From: Gemmatimonadota bacterium
Lineage (GTDB): Bacteria; Gemmatimonadota; Gemmatimonadetes; Gemmatimonadales; GWC2-71-9
Direction of reading: 5' to 3'
DNA length: 64,000 nucleotides
Assembly: GCA_003222115.1 (NCBI GenBank)
Contig: QHUL01000050.1
Location: forward strand, 17,086-81,085
A program made the position numbers and the translations under genes. Numbering within the stretch: position 1 is the stretch's first letter; each line of letters begins with the position of its first letter. Positions 7,801 through 15,068 of the stretch are shown here, one piece after another. The notes under the pieces were generated by a model that searched no databases, had not been told where the DNA came from, and saw nothing but the letters and a program-made list of their open reading frames with translations.

Positions 7801-9822
7801 TTAAGTCTCTGCGAGGACCTTCCCCGGCTCCCAGGTGGTGATGTAGCCCGCGATGGCCGACGCCGCGACGGTGTAGGGGTTGGCGAGATACAGCTGCCCC
7901 GGACCTGAGCGCCCGGGGAAGTTGCGATTGATCGCGCTGATCGTCACCTCGTCGCGGGTCTTCGAGACCCCGGGGCCCGCGTTGATGCAGGCGCCGCAGG
8001 AGGGCTCGAGGAACGTGGCGCCCACCTGGCGGAACAGCTCCAGATAGCCGTTCTCCTCGCAGTAGCGCTTCACGTCCTGAGAGCCACACTGGATGTAGAA
8101 CCGCACCCACGACGCGACGCGCTCTCCGCGCTCCGCCGCTTCGCGCAGCACCCGGGCGTACATGTCCATGTCCTCTTTCTTGCCCGCCGTGCAGGAGCCG
8201 GCGTAGGCGATGTCCACGCGGATCCGCTGCTCCGCCTCGTCCACGTCGAGGCCGTTCCCCGGATCGCCGGGCAGAGCCATCATCGGCCGCAGGCTGGCGG
8301 CGTCGATCTCGATCACCTCGCAGTAGCGGGCAGCGGGATCGCTCGCCAACCCCTCACACAGCCGCTCCGCCGCGGCGCGCGTCATCCCGCGGTACTCCAT
8401 CAGGTACTCGACCGTCCGCCCGTCGGGCGCGACGTAGCCCGTGAAGCCGCCCACTTCGGCCGTCATGTTGGTCATCGTGGCCCGCTCGTCCACCGACAGC
8501 GACGCGACAGCATCGCCACAGTATTCCATCAGCTTGCCGATCGCCTTGCCGCTTTTCACGTACGGATGGCGCAGGATCTCGAGCATGAAGTCCTTGGCCG
8601 TCACGTTGTCGGGCTTCTTCCCGCGCACCACGACACGCACCGTTTCGGGCACCGTGATCCGGACGTCTTTCGTGATCCAGGAGTTGAAGATGGCGGTCGT
8701 GCCGACGCCGAACGCGACGCAGCCGACCGCGCCCGCATGCGGCGTGTGTGAGTCACTGCCGATGATCACCATGCCCGGCTCGGCGTACCCCTCCAGGATC
8801 TTGGAGTGGCAGATCGCCTCCGAGCCGTGATGCCCCAGGCGCAGTTCGCCGTACAGCTTGATCCCCTGCTTCTCCGCGAAGTCCCGCTGCTTCTTCTCGA
8901 GCTGCAGCGCGACGTCGAGTAGTCCCTCTTTGATGCGCTCGGGTGTCATCGCCTCAGGGAGGAAGGTCAGGTGGTCGCGGAACATCAGGACGGTGGCGGG
9001 GTCGTGGACCGGTTCATCGCGACCCACCAGCTGCTCGAAGAAAATCGCCGCCATGGGCGTCACGTATTCGTGGCTGAACCGCACGTCCGTGACGACGAAC
9101 CCTTCATCCCCCGGCGCGACCGCCGGGACGCCGATCTTGCCCCGGGCGGGATCCACCACCCAGTGCCGGGCCAGGATTTTCTCCCCCAGGGTCATCGGCC
9201 GGGGCGGCGTGCGAGGCGGCGTGAGCACCACCGCTCCCTGCAGGCGCGCTACGTTGAAGTTGAACAGGCCGCCGTACTCGATGATCCCGCGGGTGATCTC
9301 CCCCTCACCTGCGGTGAAGGCCGCCAGCGGGATCGACTCACCGCGCCGCACCCTGTCGATCACCGAGAAATCGGTCGTCGTGAGGATTCCGAGGTTCTGG
9401 CAGTTCTCGCGGTAGATGCGCTCGATGTTCTCCGCTACGACCAGCTTGATCCCCGCGCACAGCTCGGCGTAGGGAGACTGCTCCCGCGAGGATCCCTTGC
9501 CGCGCCGCTTGCCGCTCACCGAGGCGACGAAGCCCCCCCGCTTCACGGACCCCCGGTCCACGGGGAACTCGTCGCGACACTTGAGGCCCAAGTAGGGAAA
9601 GTCGCCCAACGTTTCGTCGTAGTAGTAGCAGATATAGGCGGGAGTGATTTCGTCGGTCGAGATGTCGTCCCGCAGCTTGATGCCGGGTCGCCACTCCAGG
9701 TCCCGGCCCTCGAGCTGGCTCCGCAACTCGACCGGCCCCTCGGTCAGGAACAGGATCCGCCCCTCGAGCCGTACCGATTGGGGAAGCTTGCGGACGGCGC
9801 GCCGCCGCAGTGCCTCGAGCAT
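7801..9822 (-). CDS. Aconitase/isopropylmalate-isomerase family hydro-lyase with permuted domain order (LeuD-like swivel domain first, LeuC-like catalytic domains after)
   Basis: The N-terminal part carries DDISTDEITPA and GKGSSREQSP (swivel domain). The C-terminal part carries GSDSHTPHAG, AYAGSCTAGK and EPSCGACIN (three Fe-S Cys ligands). I chose the ATG at 9822; the GTG at 9885 is the alternative. Confidence 0.8.
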   Translation of the reverse strand: MLEALRRRAVRKLPQSVRLEGRILFLTEGPVELRSQLEGRDLEWRPGIKLRDDISTDEITPAYICYYYDETLGDFPYLGLKCRDEFPVDRGSVKRGGFVASVSGKRRGKGSSREQSPYAELCAGIKLVVAENIERIYRENCQNLGILTTTDFSVIDRVRRGESIPLAAFTAGEGEITRGIIEYGGLFNFNVARLQGAVVLTPPRTPPRPMTLGEKILARHWVVDPARGKIGVPAVAPGDEGFVVTDVRFSHEYVTPMAAIFFEQLVGRDEPVHDPATVLMFRDHLTFLPEAMTPERIKEGLLDVALQLEKKQRDFAEKQGIKLYGELRLGHHGSEAICHSKILEGYAEPGMVIIGSDSHTPHAGAVGCVAFGVGTTAIFNSWITKDVRITVPETVRVVVRGKKPDNVTAKDFMLEILRHPYVKSGKAIGKLMEYCGDAVASLSVDERATMTNMTAEVGGFTGYVAPDGRTVEYLMEYRGMTRAAAERLCEGLASDPAARYCEVIEIDAASLRPMMALPGDPGNGLDVDEAEQRIRVDIAYAGSCTAGKKEDMDMYARVLREAAERGERVASWVRFYIQCGSQDVKRYCEENGYLELFRQVGATFLEPSCGACINAGPGVSKTRDEVTISAINRNFPGRSGPGQLYLANPYTVAASAIAGYITTWEPGKVLAET

Positions 9823-9902
9823 GCCCGAATAATCACCCCTTGCTCGGAGCCGAGCAAGCGGATTTCGTTCACGCCGTTCTACCACCGCCCCGGAGGCTTC
9901 TC

Positions 9903-11537
9903 GTGGTCACGTTCGGTCGTCGTGCGCTCACCCTCGGCCTCGCCCTCGCCTTCCCGCTCGCCCGGCATGCGACCGCGCAGCGCCGCGCCGCGCGCGAGCC
10001 GTCCCTGCCGTCCATCAACACGTGGGCGATCGACGCGCACATCAAGTACCTGGCGGACGACCTGCTCGAGGGTCGCGCCCCGGCGACACGCGGCGGACGG
10101 CTCGCGGCCAAGTACGTTGCGGCGGCGTTCCAGGCCCTCGGGCTCGAGCCCGGAGGTCCGAGCGGCTCCTACTTCCAGCCGGTGGCGCTCGTGGGGATGA
10201 CGCCGCAGCCCACCCTCGCGTGGGGGAAGGGCAGCGACACCGCGACGCCCCGCTACCGCGACGACTTCGTCGCCTGGGCCGAGCGGCCCGAGGATCACAT
10301 CGCCGTCGACGGTGACGTCGTCTTCGTCGGCTACGGCATCCGCGCGTCCGAGTGGCAGTGGGACGATTACAAAGGCGTACCGCTCCGCGGGAAGGTGCTG
10401 CTCATGCTCGTCAACGATCCCGGCCTGCAGGACTCCACGATCTTCAATGGCAAGGCGCTCACCTACTACGGGCGGTGGACCTACAAGCTCGAAGAGGCGG
10501 CCCGCCAGGGGGCCCTGGGCGCGCTGCTTGTCCATACGACCGAGAGCGCCACCTACCCCTGGGAGGTGGTGCGGGGATCGTGGTCCGTGGAGCAGTTCAT
10601 GCTCGACCGCGCGCGGCCGCAAAGCCTCGCATTCGCGGGCTGGGTGCAGCACGACGTGGCGCAGCGCGCCCTCGCCCAAGTGGGACTCGATCTCGACGCC
10701 CTCACGCGAGCCGCCGGCCGCCGCGACTTCCGCCCCGTCTCGACCGGCATCCACGCGGCGCTCGAGATCGCGAGCGCTCTCCGTCACGTGCAGTCGGACA
10801 ACGTCGTTGCCAAGCTCCCGGGGAGCGATGCCCGGCTCGGGGCCGAGGCGGTTCTCTTCACCGCCCACTGGGATCACAAGGGGATCGGCCCGGCCGTGAG
10901 CGGCGACTCGATCTACAACGGCGCCGAGGATAACGCTTCCGGGGTGGCGGCGATGCTGGCCGCGGCGCAGGCCCTGGCCGAGGCCGCGCCGCGCCCCCGC
11001 CGCACCGTCCTCTTCATCGCGACGACGGCCGAAGAGAGCGGCCTGCTCGGCAGCGAGGCGTACGTGCAGGCGCCGCTGTTTCCGCTCGAGCGAACCGCAG
11101 CCGTGCTGAACCTCGACGTCACGAACGTGCGGGGCGCGACGCGCGATATCGACGCGCTCGGCATTGAGCGCTCGACCCTGGGTGACGCATTCCGCGCGGC
11201 GGCGCGCGCCGAGTCGCTCGACGTGCGTCACCTGCCCGACGTGCGCGGCTCCTTCTACCGCTCCGATCACTTCCCCTTCGCCCGCGCTGGCGTGCCCGCG
11301 TTGTCGTTCAAGTCGGGCCTCGACTTCGTGAGCCGCCCCGAGGGGTGGGGCAAGCAGCAGGAGGAGGAGTACAACACCCACCGCTACCACCAGCCCAGCG
11401 ACGAGTATTCGCACAGCTTCCGCTACGAGGGCATGGCGCAACAGGTGCGCGTCGCCGTGCGGGTGGCCGTCGCCGTGGCGAACGCGCCCCAACTACCCCA
11501 GTGGTTGCCAAGCTCCGAGTTCCAGCGGCAGCACTAG
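9903..11537 (+). CDS. M28-family aminopeptidase with PA domain; secreted
   Basis: Motifs seen are HWDHKG, GAEDNASGVA, TAEESGLLGS and SDHFPFARAGVPAL. The GTG at 9903 gives a signal-like start (VVTFGRRALTLGLALAFPLARHATAQ). The ATG at 9810 would overlap the divergent gene. Confidence 0.85.
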   Translation: MVTFGRRALTLGLALAFPLARHATAQRRAAREPSLPSINTWAIDAHIKYLADDLLEGRAPATRGGRLAAKYVAAAFQALGLEPGGPSGSYFQPVALVGMTPQPTLAWGKGSDTATPRYRDDFVAWAERPEDHIAVDGDVVFVGYGIRASEWQWDDYKGVPLRGKVLLMLVNDPGLQDSTIFNGKALTYYGRWTYKLEEAARQGALGALLVHTTESATYPWEVVRGSWSVEQFMLDRARPQSLAFAGWVQHDVAQRALAQVGLDLDALTRAAGRRDFRPVSTGIHAALEIASALRHVQSDNVVAKLPGSDARLGAEAVLFTAHWDHKGIGPAVSGDSIYNGAEDNASGVAAMLAAAQALAEAAPRPRRTVLFIATTAEESGLLGSEAYVQAPLFPLERTAAVLNLDVTNVRGATRDIDALGIERSTLGDAFRAAARAESLDVRHLPDVRGSFYRSDHFPFARAGVPALSFKSGLDFVSRPEGWGKQQEEEYNTHRYHQPSDEYSHSFRYEGMAQQVRVAVRVAVAVANAPQLPQWLPSSEFQRQH

Positions 11538-11684
11538 CCCTCGCGCAAGCCGGCTCGTGCAATAAGTTGCATCGCGCGAGCCTGCTGTAAGCCAACTAGC
11601 AGCAACGGCATACGGCCCCAGCCCAGCAGGCGTGCGAGCCCGTTTGCTTAGCGCGCCCGCCCCGCATAAGTTTGCGCCCGCTTT

Positions 11685-12863
11685 TTGACAGCCACCGCCG
11701 GCCTCACTCAGCGGAGCGAGCACCTGGAACTTCCGACTTCCCATCGGTTGCCGTTGTCCTGGCTGCTCGAGGCGGCGAGCCCTCCGATCCAATATCGCGC
11801 CTACACAGAGGTCGTACCGCAATCCGCGCGCGACCCGGAGCGCCTGGCGGCGCTGCGTGAGGCCCTGCTCGCCTACAAGATCCCCCGTGAAATCCTCCGC
11901 AGGCAGAAGGCGACCGGGCTCTGGGGCACGAACCTGCTGGGTCCTGGGCCGTCCAAGGCGCATGGCTGGACCGAGGTCGGCACCGTCTACCAGTACCGCC
12001 GCCTGCTCGAGCTCGGGTGGCCGCCTGAGGACCGGGCCTTCCGCTTGGCCGACCGGTGGCTATTCCAGATCCTCTCGCGCATCGAGCCCGACGACGCGGA
12101 CCGCGACGTGGCCCAGCGGGCCACAGAGCTGCTCGTCGAGTTCCAGAGGGCTGGAAAGGCCGATCTCGCTCTCGCCCGCTGGGCGCGCCGCATGGGCCGG
12201 GAGGGGGCGGCCTGCGCGCTCGCCCGGCGCGGCCACGAGGAGGACCCCCGGCTGCGGGGCAGTGCACACCGTATCGTGAGCGACATCTCGCAGTTTCTGC
12301 GCAGCGAGCTGGCCGAGAAGCCGTTCAAGAAGGCTCACGGCAAGACCGTCCTCGATCCCGCCGCGACCCCCCCGACCATCTTCGCCGTCGAGATGCTCGC
12401 GTTCCTACCCTCGCTGCAACGCGAGCGCGCGGGCTTCGTGGAGCGATTGGGCCGCTACTTCTCCTCCCCAGCGCCCCGTCGAGCCTTCTACATCCTGGCA
12501 GGGAAGAAGCTGCTCAAGCCCGTGTTCGAGCTGCTCGGCGACCCGATGCGCGCCGACGCGCAGGGGCACATCCGCGACGTGCCGTTGGCCGTCTACTGGA
12601 TCGAGCTCATGGCACGGCTGGGCCTGGTGCGGCAGGCCGCGAGCGCCACCAGGGTGCTCGCCCGTTTGTTCAGCGAGTGCGACCACCAGGGCATCTGGAG
12701 CCCCAAGAGTCTGCGCGCGCTCCCCAAGCCCACGACGCTGCTCACCGCCCACTACTTCCCCCTAGAAGGGCCGGGGAAAAGTCCGGCGCAGCGCCAGACC
12801 GACGTCACCTTTCGCCTCGCCCTGATCGCGAAGCTCATGGGCCTACCCATCGAGGTCATCTAA
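11685..12863 (+). CDS. Hypothetical protein (about 392 aa, helical-repeat-like)
   Basis: This is a long ORF with coding-like composition and no family I can name. The only canonical in-frame start near the 5' end is the TTG at 11685, so the start is uncertain. Confidence 0.55.
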   Translation: MTATAGLTQRSEHLELPTSHRLPLSWLLEAASPPIQYRAYTEVVPQSARDPERLAALREALLAYKIPREILRRQKATGLWGTNLLGPGPSKAHGWTEVGTVYQYRRLLELGWPPEDRAFRLADRWLFQILSRIEPDDADRDVAQRATELLVEFQRAGKADLALARWARRMGREGAACALARRGHEEDPRLRGSAHRIVSDISQFLRSELAEKPFKKAHGKTVLDPAATPPTIFAVEMLAFLPSLQRERAGFVERLGRYFSSPAPRRAFYILAGKKLLKPVFELLGDPMRADAQGHIRDVPLAVYWIELMARLGLVRQAASATRVLARLFSECDHQGIWSPKSLRALPKPTTLLTAHYFPLEGPGKSPAQRQTDVTFRLALIAKLMGLPIEVI

Positions 12864-12895
12864 AGGGGGCCGGTAGTTGTCGCTGACAGCGGAAA

Positions 12896-12915
12896 GTAGT
12901 AGCTTGGGCTACTAC
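12896..12915 (+). promoter_or_regulatory. Perfect 8-bp palindrome abutting the TrmB-family start codon (candidate operator or translation-blocking hairpin)
   Basis: The sequence is GTAGTAGC-ttgg-GCTACTAC, followed by one T and then the ATG at 12917. No Shine-Dalgarno sequence is visible. A second small palindrome, CGCTG-a-CAGCG, lies at 12881-12891. Confidence 0.4.
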
Positions 12916-12916
12916 T

Positions 12917-13579
12917 ATGCCTGCCGATCTTATGCCCTTTGGGTTCACCGCCACAGAGTCCATGGTTTACAGCACCTTGCTCCGCCTCGGCCCGGCCACG
13001 GGTTACGCGGTGGCCCGCGCCGTTCGTCTCGCCCGCGCCAACGCCTACGGGGCCCTGGACGGTCTGGTGAGTCGCGGCGCCGCGGTCAGGATGCCGGGTC
13101 GGCCGACGCGCTATCGCCCCGCTGATCCTCAGGCGCTCCTCGCCCAGATCACCGCCGCGCACGGCGAAGCCCTCGACCGCCTCAGCCGGGCCCTCGCCGA
13201 CGCCGCCCGCTCCACGGAACCCGAGACCAAGACCCTCGCCGGTGCGCGTGCCGTCGCGAACGTGGTGCTGCAGCTCGTCGCCCGGGCCGAGCGTCGGGTC
13301 GAGGGAGTGCTCGCCGCCGAGCTGTGGAGGGCGACCCTGCCGGCGTGGCGGCGCGCGGCGGCTCGGGCCCAGGTCGAGCTCCGGATCGCCGGCGATGCGC
13401 CGACGGAGGCGCCCGAGCTCGTCGTAGGCACCACGCCCCCGGATCATCCCACCGTGCTCGTCATCGACAACACCCAGACGCTCGCCGCCGTCGGTTCGGC
13501 CGACGGGCTCGCGGCGGTGTGGACCTCGCACCCCGCCATCGTGGCCCTCGCGCGCCGTGCCCTTGGGGGCGCGCCGTGA
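12917..13579 (+). CDS. TrmB-family (winged-helix) transcriptional regulator
   Basis: The N-terminus FGFTATESMVYSTLLRLGPATGYAVARAVRLARANAYGALDGLVSRGA matches the TrmB HTH pattern. Confidence 0.75.
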   Translation: MPADLMPFGFTATESMVYSTLLRLGPATGYAVARAVRLARANAYGALDGLVSRGAAVRMPGRPTRYRPADPQALLAQITAAHGEALDRLSRALADAARSTEPETKTLAGARAVANVVLQLVARAERRVEGVLAAELWRATLPAWRRAAARAQVELRIAGDAPTEAPELVVGTTPPDHPTVLVIDNTQTLAAVGSADGLAAVWTSHPAIVALARRALGGAP

Positions 13580-13584
13580 GGCGC

Positions 13585-14434
13585 ATGCCCTGCGTCCTGT
13601 TCGCGCTTGCCCTGGCGTGCCGGGCCGCGCCCCTTCCCGAGGCCGCTCGCTACCCGGCCGGGACAGCGTTCAGCGCGCGCTTCGTCACCGTCGATGGGAC
13701 CCGGATCCGCTATGTCGACGCCGGGACCGGGGCGCCCGTCGTGTTCCTGCACGGCCTTGGCGCATCGCTCTACACGTGGCGCTACACCCTCCAGCCGATC
13801 ATGCACGCGGGGTTTCGCGTCATCGCGTTCGACAACCGGGGATTCGGGGACTCCGACAAGCCGCCTACCGGGTACCGCAACGCCGACTACGAGCGGCTTG
13901 CAATCGCCTTGCTGGACTCGCTCCACGTCCAGGACGCCGTGCTGGTGGGACACTCGATGGGCGGCGCGGTCGCCGCCGAGGTGGCGATCCGCGACCCGCA
14001 GCGCGTGCGCGGCCTCGTGCTCATCGGCGCGGCCGGACTGGGAGCCCGCGAACCCCTGCTATTCAAGCGATCCCGCAAAGGTGACACCCGGGGACGTCGA
14101 TCAGTACTACGCTCCGGTTGCCGACCCGGCCTACGGCACCGCGCTGCGAGCGGTGTTGCGCGAGTTTGACTTCGGCGCCCTGGACGGCCGCCTCGAGCGG
14201 ATCCAGACGGCGACGCTCCTCATCTGGGGCGCCGACGACCGCTGGGTTCCCCTCGGCGCGGGGCGCCGGTTTGCCACCGAGCTGCAGCGCACGGCCTTCG
14301 TGATCGTCCCTCATGCCGGCCATGCGGTCCAGGAAGAGGCCCCCGCAGAGACGACTCGGCTCCTCAGTCGCTTCCTCACGCAGGGCCTACCGCGCGTACC
14401 GGAGAACCTGGCGTCGGGGGCAACAGGACGCTAG
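13585..14434 (+). pseudogene. Alpha/beta-fold hydrolase interrupted by a frameshift, and probably an internal deletion, near 14045-14075
   Basis: The N-terminal half is in frame 1 (track ORF 13324..14169): VVFLHGLGAS...FDNRGFGDSDKP...LVGHSMGG...LVLIGAAGL. The C-terminal half is in frame 2 (track ORF 13607..14434): VTPGDVDQYYAP...ATLLIWGADDRWVP...VPHAGHAVQEE. The nucleophile-to-acid spacing is shorter than usual for the fold. The alternative start GTG at 13576 overlaps the TrmB stop as GTGA. Confidence 0.7.
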
Positions 14435-14438
14435 CTTT

Positions 14439-14458
14439 CCTCAACCGGACGGTTGAGG
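14439..14458 (+). promoter_or_regulatory. Perfect 8-bp stem / 4-nt loop palindrome 10 nt upstream of the TetR start (operator or terminator of the preceding gene)
   Basis: The sequence is CCTCAACC-ggac-GGTTGAGG. No U-tract follows it. Confidence 0.4.
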
Positions 14459-14468
14459 ACCTGACTGC

Positions 14469-15068
14469 GTGCCACCCAAGTTGAGTAATGGTAGGGCGTT
14501 ACGGATCATCGCGGCAGCCCAGGACGAGTTTGCGAGCCAGGGCTACGGTGGGGCGCGGGTTCAGCGGGTTGCGCGCCGCGCCGGGGTAAACAAGCAGCTG
14601 CTGTTCTACTACTACCACTCGAAGCGTGGACTCTTCCAGGCCGTACTTGCGCGCGGCGCGGCGCTGCTCGAGCGAGCTCTCGCCGCCATCGCGCCCCCCT
14701 CCGGACCGCCCCTGGAGCGGCTGCGGCACGCCCTGCGGGCGCAATTCGACTTCCTGGCGTCGCACCCCGAGCTCGTCAGGGTGCTCAGCCAGGCGGCGCG
14801 TTCCGACGCACGCCCCTTCACGCCGGCCATCAAGCGACTCGTCGTGCTGCTGGCGGAGGGGCAGGGCCTGGGTGAGGTGCGGGACGATCTCGATCCCCAC
14901 GTCACCGCGGCGCAAGCACTGGTGCTGATGGTGGCCTACCTGCAGCTCGAGTTGCTGATCGCCGCGAGCGCGGCCCCCCTGGGCGCGGACGAGCCTTCGC
15001 TGCGAGAGCGGTGGAAGGAGGCTGCGGTGGATCTCGTGGTCAACGGCGTGCGCGCCGTCAGTTCTTAG
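14469..15068 (+). CDS. TetR/AcrR-family transcriptional regulator
   Basis: The GTG start is followed by an N-terminal TetR HTH (RIIAAAQDEFASQGYGGARVQRVARRAGVNKQLLFYYYHSKRGLF). Confidence 0.85.
   Translation: MPPKLSNGRALRIIAAAQDEFASQGYGGARVQRVARRAGVNKQLLFYYYHSKRGLFQAVLARGAALLERALAAIAPPSGPPLERLRHALRAQFDFLASHPELVRVLSQAARSDARPFTPAIKRLVVLLAEGQGLGEVRDDLDPHVTAAQALVLMVAYLQLELLIAASAAPLGADEPSLRERWKEAAVDLVVNGVRAVSS

Noticed and set aside
8971-11492. Long ORFs 8971..10200 (+) and 9879..11492 (-) overlapping the aconitase-family and M28 genes
   Set aside because: These are shadow ORFs in the wrong frame or strand of genes with strong family motifs.
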